Shown here piece by piece: positions 10,886-20,670 of a stretch of DNA of 64,000 nucleotides. Position 1 is the stretch's first letter. Each line of letters starts with the position of its first letter. Origin of the DNA: an uncultured cyanobacterium (GTDB taxonomy: Bacteria; Cyanobacteriota; Cyanobacteriia; CAKZMO01). The DNA is taken from NCBI GenBank assembly GCA_963719515.1, contig CAVRCJ010000003.1, forward strand, positions 766,470-830,469. Direction: 5' to 3'. The notes under the pieces were generated by a model. It had not been told where the DNA came from. It saw nothing but the letters and a program-made list of their open reading frames with translations, and ran no database searches. A program made the position numbers and the translations under genes.

Positions 10886-11257
10886 TTACTTCAGCGTCAG
10901 CGCCGCCACCGCCAAGCAGCCCCAGCCCACCAAAAACGCGACGCCCCCTAAGGGCGTTATGGCCCCCAGCACTTTGACGCCCGATAGGCTGAGGCCATAG
11001 AGACTGCCGGAAAACAGCGCCACCCCGACAACAAAGGCAATGCCTGCCGCTGAGAGCCACAGGCTGGCCCCGTTGCGCAGCAGCAGCGCCACCAGCATCA
11101 GGGCTAAAGCGTGGTACATCTGGTAGCGGGCTCCCGTCTCAAAAATTTCTAGGGCGCGATCGCTGAGCTGCGCTTTGAGGGCATGGGAGGCAAACGCACC
11201 CCCCGCGACAGACAGGCCGCCCAATACAGCGGCGATCGCCAAAAAGAGTTGGGCCAT
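10886..11257 (-). CDS. DUF423 (YgdD/TMEM256) membrane protein
   Basis: GAFASH, FETGARYQMYH, FSGSLY, GAITPLGG motifs. Confidence 0.92.
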   Translation of the reverse strand: MAQLFLAIAAVLGGLSVAGGAFASHALKAQLSDRALEIFETGARYQMYHALALMLVALLLRNGASLWLSAAGIAFVVGVALFSGSLYGLSLSGVKVLGAITPLGGVAFLVGWGCLAVAALTLK

Positions 11258-11305
11258 GGGTTATCCTCAATCTTGGTAACTTCGATTGTAAGGGGGCCAA
11301 CCCAG

Positions 11306-11986
11306 ATGACCGCTACGACCGTCAAACTCTACGAACTTGCGGGCGAGAGCGATGATTACCGCTTTAGCCCTTACTGCTGGCGGACACGGCTGGCACTGGC
11401 CCACAAAGGAATTGCGGTGGACTCCGTGCCCTGGCGGTTTACCGAGAAAGATGCGATCGCCTTCTCTGGTCAGGGCAAGGTGCCGGTGCTGGTGGATGGC
11501 GAATGCACCGTGAACGATTCGTGGGCGATCGCGGAATACCTGGATAACGCCTATCCTGAGAACTCGGTGTTAGGCAATTCAACAACTCAAGCCCTGTGCT
11601 ACTTCATCAAATGCTGGGATGAAACCGCGTTGTCGAGAGCTTTAGTCCCGGTAATTCTACTGAATGTCTTTAACCATTTGCACCCCAAAGATAAAGCGTA
11701 CTTCCGCGAAAGCCGAGAAGCGCAAATTGGTCAGTCTTTAGAGAGTTTTTCGGCAGACTTAGAGGCGAAGCTAGATCTATTTCGCAAGACCTTGTCCCCC
11801 GTACGGCGCACCCTACAAAATCAGCCCTTCATCGCGGGTTCGGCCCCTAAATTTGCGGACCACATTGTTATGGCGCGACTACAAATGGCGCGCGTGACGT
11901 CGCCCCTGCCGCCAATTACCGAAGATGACCCTATATTTGACTGGCAGCAGCGGATGGTAGAGCGCTACCCTGTTCTCGAGCTTTAG
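11306..11986 (+). CDS. Glutathione S-transferase (beta-etherase-like)
   Basis: FSPYCWRTRLALAHKG, KVPVLVDG, DSWAIAEYLD. Confidence 0.9.
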   Translation: MTATTVKLYELAGESDDYRFSPYCWRTRLALAHKGIAVDSVPWRFTEKDAIAFSGQGKVPVLVDGECTVNDSWAIAEYLDNAYPENSVLGNSTTQALCYFIKCWDETALSRALVPVILLNVFNHLHPKDKAYFRESREAQIGQSLESFSADLEAKLDLFRKTLSPVRRTLQNQPFIAGSAPKFADHIVMARLQMARVTSPLPPITEDDPIFDWQQRMVERYPVLEL

Positions 11987-12408
11987 CCCGCGTCCCGCCA
12001 AACCTAAAGCCCGAGCAGAAACTCAGGCGATCGCCGTAAATCCCTGTCCTTTGGGCAGCCGTCGGCCTCTGTGACATTCAGGGGCTTTTTTTGCAGTCAA
12101 ACTTGCGAATGTAAGCATTTATAGAGATTAGTTGCGAGGAAAATACGATACGTGACAACATGGTTAAAGTTACAGTCAAATCAAAATCTTTCTTAATTAA
12201 CATTAATGATCGTTAATTAAGAATGATTTAGTAACGAAACTGCCAAGGAGCTGGCCATAGGTAAACGGTGTCGGGGGATTGTCCTCCGGCGGGGGGCGAA
12301 CCCTCAAGCAGCGTCGCGTTTATTTGTGGTCTTCGACTTAATTCTCAACCGAGTAAGGGTTAGAAATCACCGGAGTCTTGAATCGGCGATCGCTTCTGGA
12401 GCTTATCG

Positions 12409-15400
12409 ATGAACGTGCTGATTGTAGAAGACGATCAAAATATAGCCTGTACTCTAGAGCATTTGTTCTCCAGCGCCTGTCGTGCTGTAGACGTTCTCTC
12501 TAGTGAGGAAGCGGGCAGGCTACAGCTCACGAGGGCCTTTGACTACAGCCTGATAGTGCTGGACGTCACGCTAGCCCAGCCCGATGGAATTAGCCTGTGT
12601 CAGCGGCTGCGGGCTCAAGGGTCTCAGGTGCCCATTTTGTTTTTGACCGGGCAAGCGGGAGACCACCTAAACCTCTCTTTCCCGAACACAGACAGGGATG
12701 ACGCTATTGCCAAACCCTTCACGGCAGAGGATCTGATGGCCCGGGCAAATGCCCTGCTTCACTCGGGAAAGGCGAAGCCACCTGCTGAAGCCGACGGGGC
12801 GCAGACTCTTTTAAGCAAGCTACAGGCGACTGAGACACAGCTGAGGCAGCAAACCGAACGCCTGCAGCTCGCCCAGGAAACCATCAAGGGAGAACGGCAG
12901 CGCTACCAAGCGCTTCAGCAGCGGGACCATCAAAGGCAGGTTTTATTTGACTACCTTGAAGCTGAGCGCCAGCAGGCGGAGAGTCACCGTCAGCAGCAGT
13001 GGGAGCGGGAGCGCCTAATTACCGAGATCACGCGCTCAATTCGGGAGACGCTAGATCTAGAAAAGATTTTGCAGTCAGCGGCAGACCAAGTGCGCCATCT
13101 GCTGCAAACCGATCGGGTGGTTGTCTTCCGCCTCCAGGCCAACCAACAGGGCATTGTCGAATCTGAGTCGGTGGCCCCAGGTTGGCCCTCAATGCTGTCG
13201 ACCATCATTCGAGACTCTTGCTTCAGTGAGCGCTATACCCAGCTGTATCGCCGAGGCCGGGTAAGTGCGATCGCGGATATATACAAGGCAGGCTTTAAAA
13301 CCTGTCATGTCGACCTGCTCGAGACCTTTGAGATCCGGGCAAACTTGGTGGTTCCCATCTTGCAGGAGGACGCGCTGTGGGGCCTGCTGGTTGCGCACCA
13401 ATGCTCAGCCCCCCGGCAGTGGGACCCCGAACATACCCAGCTGCTGCTGCTGGCTGCGGCGCAGCTGGGTATCGCCATTCAGCAGGCTGAGCTTTATCAG
13501 CAGGCGCAGCGCGAACTCCTCGAACGCCGCCAGGCGCAGGCGGCCCTATTGGAGAGCGAGGAGCGGTTTCGCTCTCTGGCGGCCTTTGCCCCGGTTGGCA
13601 TCTACCAAACCGACGTGGAAGGGCGCTGCCTCTACACCAATTCACGCTGGCAGGAAATCGCGGGGTTGTCCTTTGAGGAGAGCCTTGGGGAGGGCTGGGC
13701 GCGCGGCCTTCACCCTGACGATCGCCCCAAAGTTTTTGAGGCTTGGAATCATTTTGTTCACGAGGGGCAGCCATTTTCGCTAGAGTTTCGCTTTTTGAGC
13801 CCCCAAGGCGACGAGCGCTGGATGTATGGCTGCGCCACGGCGATATACTCAACGGCGGGGCAGGTGGTGGGCTATGTCGGGGTCAATGAAGATATCAGCG
13901 ATCGCAAGCAGGCTGAGCGAAAGATCACAGAGCAGGCGGCCTTAATCGACATCGCGACGGACGCCATCTTTGTTCGCGACTTGGAAGATCGAATCGTATT
14001 TTGGAGCCAGGGGGCAGAGCGGCTGTACGGCTGGAGTGGTGACCAAGCCCTCGGGAAAATTGCCCACAAGCTATTTGGCAAAGCCGCAGAATCGATTATT
14101 GACTGCGTACTTGAGACCGTTATCAGCGAAGGCTACTGGCAAGGAGAGCTGACCCAAGGGACCCAATCAGGCGGCACCATTGTGGTGGAGAGCCGCTGGA
14201 CCTTGATGAGAGATTCGGCGGGAGCGCCCCAGTCGCTCCTCGTGGTCAATACCGACATCACCGAGAAGAAGCAGCTGGAATCTCAGTTTTACAGGGCGCA
14301 GCGGTTAGAGAGCCTGGGCAGACTGGCCAGCGGTATCGCCCACGACCTCAACAATGTCCTCACTCCAGTTTTGGCGATCGCCCAACTCCTGCGGCTCACT
14401 CGGAAAAATTTAGACGCCGAAACCCAGGATCATCTGGAATTGATCGAGCGGAGCGCCAAGCGGGGCGCTGCCATGGTCAAGCAAATTTTGACCTTTGCGC
14501 GGGGGAGCTACGAAGAGCCTGCTGCCGTTGCGCTACCGCCGCTGCTAGAAGAAGTGGCCACGATGGCCCGACAAAGTTTTCCCAGGGCCATCGAGATTCG
14601 CTGCGATTTTCCATCGTCAGAATCAAACGCGATCAAAGCAGTCTGGGCCGACGCAACCCAGCTGCACCAGGTGTTTATGAACCTCTGCACCAATGCCCGG
14701 GACGCCATGCCCGACGGGGGGACGCTCACCCTCTCCGCTAGGCCGGTGGTGGTGGACCAAGCGATCGCTCGGGTAAACTTAGGCCTTGAGGTCGGAAGCT
14801 ACGTTGTGGTTACCGTCACGGATACGGGGGTGGGCATTGCCTCCGAAGTGCGCGAGCGGATGTTTGAGCCCTTTTTTACAACCAAAGAGACGGGACAGGG
14901 GACGGGGTTGGGCCTGGCAACGACCCTCGGCATCATCAAGCATTACGGCGGATTTTTGCAGGTCTTTAGCGAGGTGGGAAAAGGGACGCAAATTAAAGTT
15001 TATTTGCCTACCACCGAGCCCATATCGACAGAATCTAGCGCCCTACCGGAATCTACAAACGGAAATGGACGGTGCATTCTGGTGGTAGATGACGATGGTG
15101 TCGTCCAGCACAGCACGCGATCGCTTTTGGAAAACCACGGCTACACCACGGTGGGGGCCAGCGATGGGGTGGAGGCGATCGCCTACTACACCCAGCACAA
15201 AAGCAACGTCAAGGGCATTGTGATGGACGTGATGATGCCGAATATGGGGGGCATCCCTTTGATCGAGGAGATCAGGGCTATTGACCCAACGGTCAAGATT
15301 ATGGCGGTCAGCGGACTGGCGACAAACCTGGAGCCCGCGTTGGCCGCCGGGGCACACGTCTTTTTGACCAAGCCCTACGCGCTAGACAAGTTTTTGACCC

Positions 15401-15426
15401 AGCTCAGCAATTTGCTCCAAGACTAG
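12409..15426 (+). CDS. Hybrid sensor kinase REC-GAF(CBCR)-PAS-PAS-HisKA-HATPase-REC
   Basis: GAF with DSCF and CH motifs; H-box GIAHDLNN; G boxes DTGVG and GTGLGL; terminal receiver domains. Confidence 0.92.
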   Translation: MNVLIVEDDQNIACTLEHLFSSACRAVDVLSSEEAGRLQLTRAFDYSLIVLDVTLAQPDGISLCQRLRAQGSQVPILFLTGQAGDHLNLSFPNTDRDDAIAKPFTAEDLMARANALLHSGKAKPPAEADGAQTLLSKLQATETQLRQQTERLQLAQETIKGERQRYQALQQRDHQRQVLFDYLEAERQQAESHRQQQWERERLITEITRSIRETLDLEKILQSAADQVRHLLQTDRVVVFRLQANQQGIVESESVAPGWPSMLSTIIRDSCFSERYTQLYRRGRVSAIADIYKAGFKTCHVDLLETFEIRANLVVPILQEDALWGLLVAHQCSAPRQWDPEHTQLLLLAAAQLGIAIQQAELYQQAQRELLERRQAQAALLESEERFRSLAAFAPVGIYQTDVEGRCLYTNSRWQEIAGLSFEESLGEGWARGLHPDDRPKVFEAWNHFVHEGQPFSLEFRFLSPQGDERWMYGCATAIYSTAGQVVGYVGVNEDISDRKQAERKITEQAALIDIATDAIFVRDLEDRIVFWSQGAERLYGWSGDQALGKIAHKLFGKAAESIIDCVLETVISEGYWQGELTQGTQSGGTIVVESRWTLMRDSAGAPQSLLVVNTDITEKKQLESQFYRAQRLESLGRLASGIAHDLNNVLTPVLAIAQLLRLTRKNLDAETQDHLELIERSAKRGAAMVKQILTFARGSYEEPAAVALPPLLEEVATMARQSFPRAIEIRCDFPSSESNAIKAVWADATQLHQVFMNLCTNARDAMPDGGTLTLSARPVVVDQAIARVNLGLEVGSYVVVTVTDTGVGIASEVRERMFEPFFTTKETGQGTGLGLATTLGIIKHYGGFLQVFSEVGKGTQIKVYLPTTEPISTESSALPESTNGNGRCILVVDDDGVVQHSTRSLLENHGYTTVGASDGVEAIAYYTQHKSNVKGIVMDVMMPNMGGIPLIEEIRAIDPTVKIMAVSGLATNLEPALAAGAHVFLTKPYALDKFLTQLSNLLQD

Positions 15427-15435
15427 CTGACACTC

Positions 15436-16821
15436 TTAGCTTGCCGTCAGCGCCGCTTCAGTCAAGGCTGAGGCGGTAACCCTATGCTGTCGCTTCCAGC
15501 TCGCCAGATCTTCAAGGGCGCGATCGCGGTACTGGCCGTAGCGCTCCTGCTTTTTGCGGACGCGCTGCGGCAGTTCTGGAATGATGCCAAAGTTGGGCGG
15601 CATGGGCTGGAAGTGCTTGGGTTCAGCGGCGCTGATGAATCCGAATAGCGCCCCCATCATGGTGGTGTGGGGCAGAGAGAGCGGCTGTTGCCCCCGCACC
15701 ACCCGCGCTGCGTTGGTGCCCGCCAGCCAGCCGCCAGCCGACGCGGCGGTGTAGCCCTCCGTGCCCACCAGCTGCCCTGCCGCCAGCAGGGTAGGCCTGT
15801 TGTGAAACTGCAGCGCCGAAGAGAGGAGCTGGGGCGAATTGATGAAGGTGTTGCGGTGCATCACCCCCATGCGCACAAACTCAGCGTTCTCTAGACCCGG
15901 AATCAGGCGGAAAACTCGCTTTTGCTCCCCCCAGCGAAGATTCGTCTGAAAGCCCACCATGTTCCACAGCTGCCCTGCTTTATCTTCCTGGCGCAGCTGC
16001 ACCACGGCATAGGGCCGCAGATGGCGGTTTTCGGGGGCGCTGAAGTCGCCAAGCCGGGCATCGAACAGGCCCACGGGCTTGAGCGGGCCATAGCGCATAG
16101 TGTCTTCGCCGCGACGGCCCATCTCTTCAATCGGCAAGCAGCCCTCGAAAAATTTAGCGGTCTCCAGCTCGAAGTCCTTTAGCTCCGCCTGCTCCGCTCC
16201 GCAGAGCGCCTCTCGAAAGGTTCGGTACTGCTCCGGGGTCATGGGGCAGTTGAGGTAGGCCGCTTCGCCGCGATCGTAGCGGGAGGCGAGGAAGGCCACT
16301 TCGCGATCGATGCTGTCGCCCACCACGATGGGGCTGGCGGCGTCGAAGAAGCTCATGTACTCCAAGCCGGTGAACCGCTGCAGGTCTTCGGCCAGGCTTT
16401 GCGTGGTGAGCGGGCCGGTGGTGAGCACGACGACACCATCATCGGGGATGCGATGAATTTCTCCGCGCCGCAGCTCGACAAGGGGATGGGCGGCCAGGGT
16501 ACGGGTGAGTTCAGCACTAAACACCGCTCGGTCTACGGCTAGCGCTCCCCCCGCTGGGACCCGGTGCTCGTCGGCTTTGCCAATAACGATAGAGCCCAGC
16601 TGCCGCAGCTCTTCGTGGAGTAAGCCGGAAGCGCGATCGCTCGATTGGGCTCCGAAAGAGTTGCTGCACACCAGCTCCGCTAGGTGCTCGGTATGGTGGG
16701 CCGGGCTGAGGCGCTGGGGCCGCATTTCGTGCAGGACGACGGGGACGCCCGCTTGGGCTACCTGCCAGGCGGCTTCTGTTCCCGCAAGGCCACCGCCGAT
16801 GACGTGAATGGGCTGCACCAT
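15436..16821 (-). CDS. trmFO: tRNA (uracil-54)-methyltransferase TrmFO (Gid)
   Basis: [53 protein letters not shown]. Confidence 0.97.
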   Translation of the reverse strand: MVQPIHVIGGGLAGTEAAWQVAQAGVPVVLHEMRPQRLSPAHHTEHLAELVCSNSFGAQSSDRASGLLHEELRQLGSIVIGKADEHRVPAGGALAVDRAVFSAELTRTLAAHPLVELRRGEIHRIPDDGVVVLTTGPLTTQSLAEDLQRFTGLEYMSFFDAASPIVVGDSIDREVAFLASRYDRGEAAYLNCPMTPEQYRTFREALCGAEQAELKDFELETAKFFEGCLPIEEMGRRGEDTMRYGPLKPVGLFDARLGDFSAPENRHLRPYAVVQLRQEDKAGQLWNMVGFQTNLRWGEQKRVFRLIPGLENAEFVRMGVMHRNTFINSPQLLSSALQFHNRPTLLAAGQLVGTEGYTAASAGGWLAGTNAARVVRGQQPLSLPHTTMMGALFGFISAAEPKHFQPMPPNFGIIPELPQRVRKKQERYGQYRDRALEDLASWKRQHRVTASALTEAALTAS

Positions 16822-16941
16822 TTTCTCTATATGCCTAGATAGTGACGTGACGGGATTCTCTCTGTTGGGCGACGAAAGCAGACCTGAAAACCCTGGACAA
16901 TGGTTTTGGCTGTTCTTTCGTACACGTTAGCACCCCCCATT

Positions 16942-18235
16942 ATGGCACTGTTCAAAATAGGCGATCGCGTTCCAGACTATGAAAATCAGTACCTCAATGG
17001 CAGAGCGGTCAAGGGTGTTGCCGTTTACGCTAATGATGAAAAAGTCGGCAGCGCTCACGACCTTTTAGTGGATGATGACGGTCGAATTCGCTATTTAGTC
17101 ATCGACACTGGATTTTGGATTTTTGGGAAGAAAGTGCTGCTGCCCATTGGGCACTGCGAGGATGTAGCAGAGAGCGATCGCATCCACGCCAACGGGCTCA
17201 CCGAAGCGCAGGTAGAAAATCTGCCGGCATATTATGACGAGCTTGTAGTAGACGATGACTACGAAAAGCGGGTGCGCTCAGCTTACCGAACGGCGACGGC
17301 AGACCAACCTGCCTCTGAGAATGATCATAATGACCCTATTGCGCCGGAGACTCACGAACGGGAGGCAGATGCAGACGCCACGGGGGATGATGGGTCTCGT
17401 CGGCTGCGTCTATATGAGGAGCGGCTTGTCGCGCACAAGCGTCGTCAGAAGACGGGCGAAGTTAAAGTGAGCAAGCGCGTCGTGACAGAGCAGGTTGAAG
17501 GCTCTGTGCCCCTGTATAAAGAGAAGATTATTATCGAAATCGAGTCGTTTCCCGGCATGACCCAGGTCAACGTCGCGGGGAGGACGGTCGAGACGGGCAG
17601 TGGCGCCCGCGCCGATCTGTACGCTGACGAACTCGAAATTCGCAAAGAAGCGGTGGTTCGCCAAGAGGTCACAATCCGCAAAGAGATCGACGAAGAGGTG
17701 GTGACCGTAAGCGACACCGTGCGGCGAGAAGAGATAGAGGTGTACCAAGAGGGCGTATCTGAGGTTGACGGTGTTGACCGTGAAGCCTCACAGACAAGGT
17801 CTAGCGCTTCCGAAGCACCCCCCGCTTCCCAGACGACGAGCAGCGCGCCTCAAAAAACGAGCAGCGCGCCCCATCGATCGACCACCGCGCCTCAAACCGC
17901 CTATTTAATCTTTAATCCGGCTGCGGGTCAGGGAGACCCCGAGCAAGAGCTTGGCGTGATTCGATCGGCGCTTGAGCCTGAGATGACGCTCAATATTCAT
18001 GAGACAACGCCAGAGGTCGGTGCCGATCAGCTCGCGCATCAGGCTCTGGAGGCGGGTGCGGAAGCGGTCTTGGTGTCTGGCGGTGACGGGACGATCTCTT
18101 CCGCTGCCAACGCTGTGGTGGGCCGCGACGTCCCGCTCGGCATCATTTCCCGAGGAACCGCAAACGCCTTTGCTAATGCCTTAGGTCTGTCTGAAAATAT
18201 TGAAGAGGCTTGCCAAACCATTCTTCGAGGCACGA
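16942..18235 (+). pseudogene. PRC-barrel + DUF2382 + diacylglycerol kinase (YegS-like) fusion, disrupted at 18236; residual C-terminus at ~18628-18717
   Basis: YLVIDTGFWIFGKKVLLPIG (PRC), LRLYEERL (DUF2382), IFNPAAGQG..GGDGT..RGTANAFA (DAGK). The sequence switches to an IS605-type end after ILRGT. Confidence 0.8.
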
Positions 18236-18618
18236 GTGACATCCTCCCGACGCTGACAGCAAGCTGTACAGCGCGGGCTTCCTCAGTGACTCCCAGCTAT
18301 TGCCGAGACATATCCTGAGATAGGTTTATACTCCGCCTGATGCCCCACGGCAGAGTTTTGAATTTTCATCTCCGCGAGGGAGGATACGCACTATGTGTCG
18401 CAGATACATTTGCAAACTGAGGAACGGGTAACTTGCAGCTTTCGCCTACGGGCCCGTCACACTCTTTGCGGGGTGTATCACCTTGCTATCTCTATCATAC
18501 CAACTGCTAGCCTCAGCGCTGAGCGCACTATCCGCTGTGCATCATTTTGCGGGCGCACTTCGGCTAGCGCGACTCTCATCCCGACGCTCACCCTGACGGG
18601 TAGAGCGCGGGGCTTCCT
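18236..18618 (-). mobile_element. Non-autonomous IS200/IS605-derived element (383 bp, no protein) carrying a probable omega-type RNA
   Basis: Two related subterminal hairpins in the same orientation (minus strand GAAGCCC(C)GCGCT...AGCGTCGGGA); right end finishes GTCAC; decayed tnpB-3'-like sequence; no TSD. Confidence 0.75.
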
Positions 18619-18826
18619 GTCTAGTAGCTAACCATTTTTGCGCCGGACGAGGCTGCCCCGGAGCCTCGTGAAAGCATTGAGCAATTGCCGAACGCCAAGG
18701 TCAGGGAGAAGGCTTAACAGCTGACGTTTTGGGCGCTTTGGGTTCAGCCCAGGCGATGTTGCTGTAGACCGTAACCCAGCTGTTTGCCCAATGAGTATTG
18801 CGTGAAGGCCACGATCGCTTTTGGGC

Positions 18827-19807
18827 CTAAGCCACTCCAGCCTTGAACACCCGGCCAATGACCTCTTCCACCGGGGGGTCCGTCACGGTTAAATCCACCA
18901 CCGCCAGCTCCGCCAGCAGGCGGGCCACCGTCTCCGTGAGGCGATCGCGCCGTACGATAAACCGGGCCACGCAGCCGTCTAGCGACTCTAGCTCTCCGTA
19001 GGGCTGCAGCTGCGCCGACTCGCAGCCCTGCGCCAGCTCTACTTTCACCGCCCGGTAGGGAGCAAAGCGCTCTAGCAGGTCGTTCAGCCCGCCGTCGTAG
19101 ATCAGCTCCCCCTCATAAATCAGCATGACGCGATCGCAGAGCGCCGTGATGTCGGCCATGTAGTGGCTGGTCAGCAGCACCGTCGCGCCGTACTGCTGGT
19201 TGTACTGCCTCAAAAAGTCCCGCACGCTGGACTGGGCGTTGACGTCGAGACCGAGAGTGGGTTCATCCAAAAACAGCACCTTGGGGTGGTGCAGCAGGGC
19301 CGCCAGCAGCTCGGCCTTCATCCGCTCTCCTAGGGAGAGCTTGCGTACCGGCTGGTTGAGCTTTTCCCCTAAGTCGAGCAGTTCCGTCAGCTCCCCGAGC
19401 CGCCTGCGAAACTCGCCGTCGGGAATGTCGTAAATGGCGGCGTTGATGCGCAAGGAGTCTAGGGTGGGCAAGTCCCAAATCAGCTGCTGCTTTTGCCCCA
19501 TCACTAGGGTGATGTTGTGCAAGAAGCTGGGGGTGCGGCGGAAGGGCACCTGGCCCGCCACCTGCACCTGGCCTCCGGAGGGATGAATGAGCCCGGTGAG
19601 CATTTTGAGCGTGGTGGTTTTGCCTGCGCCGTTGGGGCCGAGGAAGCCCACCACTTCCCCCGGCTCGATGGAAAAGGTGACCTGCTTGACGGCCTGTACC
19701 TGGCGATAGCGGCGCTTGAAAAAGTGGGATAGGGTGCCCTTTAAGCCCGGATCTTTGATGGGGACGGGGTAGGTTTTGCTGAGCTGGTGGGCCTCGATGA
19801 TGGCCAT
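18827..19807 (-). CDS. ABC-2 type transporter ATP-binding protein
   Basis: GPNGAGKTT, LSLGERMKAE, FLDEPT, TSHYM. Confidence 0.95.
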   Translation of the reverse strand: MAIIEAHQLSKTYPVPIKDPGLKGTLSHFFKRRYRQVQAVKQVTFSIEPGEVVGFLGPNGAGKTTTLKMLTGLIHPSGGQVQVAGQVPFRRTPSFLHNITLVMGQKQQLIWDLPTLDSLRINAAIYDIPDGEFRRRLGELTELLDLGEKLNQPVRKLSLGERMKAELLAALLHHPKVLFLDEPTLGLDVNAQSSVRDFLRQYNQQYGATVLLTSHYMADITALCDRVMLIYEGELIYDGGLNDLLERFAPYRAVKVELAQGCESAQLQPYGELESLDGCVARFIVRRDRLTETVARLLAELAVVDLTVTDPPVEEVIGRVFKAGVA

Positions 19808-19890
19808 GGTGATGCCTTCCGGGAGGGGGTATTTATGATCATAGCCCCCTGCCGTTGGCGTCTCTCCGGAGGGGACCCTGGACATTTTGG

Positions 19891-20199
19891 CTAGCGGGCT
19901 ATCTCTAGGGAGCGCAGCCGCATCAAGTAAAACAGCACCTGCCCCTGACTCTGGGTGATGTGAACGCCGCTGGGGCCAATCTCAATAGGGCCGGTCCACC
20001 TGACTGGCTCGACATAGCGCTTCAGGTGCAGCCGGTAGATGGTTTCGCGGACGCCTTCAGGGGAGCCGATGAGGATGTGGCGGACAACTTCGCTGCTGGG
20101 GCCAGGGTCGGGGGGGGTGAGCAGGGTGGGAGCGGCCTCTGTGGCCAGCATGTCAGGTGCGGCCTCGGGTTGAGGCAGCTCAGGATATAGAAATGTCAT
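19891..20199 (-). CDS. Small cyanobacterial hypothetical protein
   Basis: Pro-rich N-terminus then RHILIGSPEGVRETIYRLHLKRYVE..W, a pattern recalled from a cyanobacterial family; GAGAG RBS-like sequence upstream. Confidence 0.7.
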   Translation of the reverse strand: MTFLYPELPQPEAAPDMLATEAAPTLLTPPDPGPSSEVVRHILIGSPEGVRETIYRLHLKRYVEPVRWTGPIEIGPSGVHITQSQGQVLFYLMRLRSLEIAR

Positions 20200-20417
20200 G
20201 GGTTTTCTCTCTTTTTTATGGGGTAAGAAAACCCAAAAATAAGGTCGTGCCTTGTTTTGGGCGGCTGAGGTGGCTGCAGATATTGGATAATACCTGCAGC
20301 TCGAAGACAGCTATGTCCTGTCCAAGGGTCAGGGTGCGATCGCCACCGCTAATGGCGATCGCACCCGTTTGACCAAATTTTTGGGGTTAGCAAGCTGCAT
20401 CGGACTACAGCTTCTAG
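20200..20417 (-). ncRNA. Putative highly structured leader/ncRNA upstream of the small ORF
   Basis: Stems at 20392-20413, 20332-20366, 20273-20300 and 20200-20234, plus long-range pairing 20230-20246 with 20371-20388. Confidence 0.6.
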
Positions 20418-20423
20418 CAGATG

Positions 20424-20452
20424 AGTGTAGCGCCTTAGGGGATGAGAGGCAA
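20424..20452 (-). promoter_or_regulatory. Sigma70-type promoter for the structured leader
   Basis: Minus strand TTGCCT-N17-TACACT immediately upstream of the first hairpin. Confidence 0.55.
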
Positions 20453-20670
20453 GCGTCAGGTCGTGAAATCAGCGCTCATTTTGAAAAATGCAGGCAACGA
20501 ACCGTCTGGCTACGCTATCACCCTCGCCACAGGCAAACGCTAAAGCGATCGCGGTCGTCGCTTGGCGTAGCTATTGCTCTCTTTTAAATCCAGGCACATC
20601 GACAGATGATGCAATAGTTTCAACAGCGATATCGTTGATCTGACCTGTCGCATTCACCCTCTCATCACCT

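Noticed and set aside
18236..18618. Group I intron / IStron interpretation of the mini-element
   Set aside because: No recognisable P/Q/R/S core, the element is antisense to the host gene, and host sequence is missing rather than merely interrupted.
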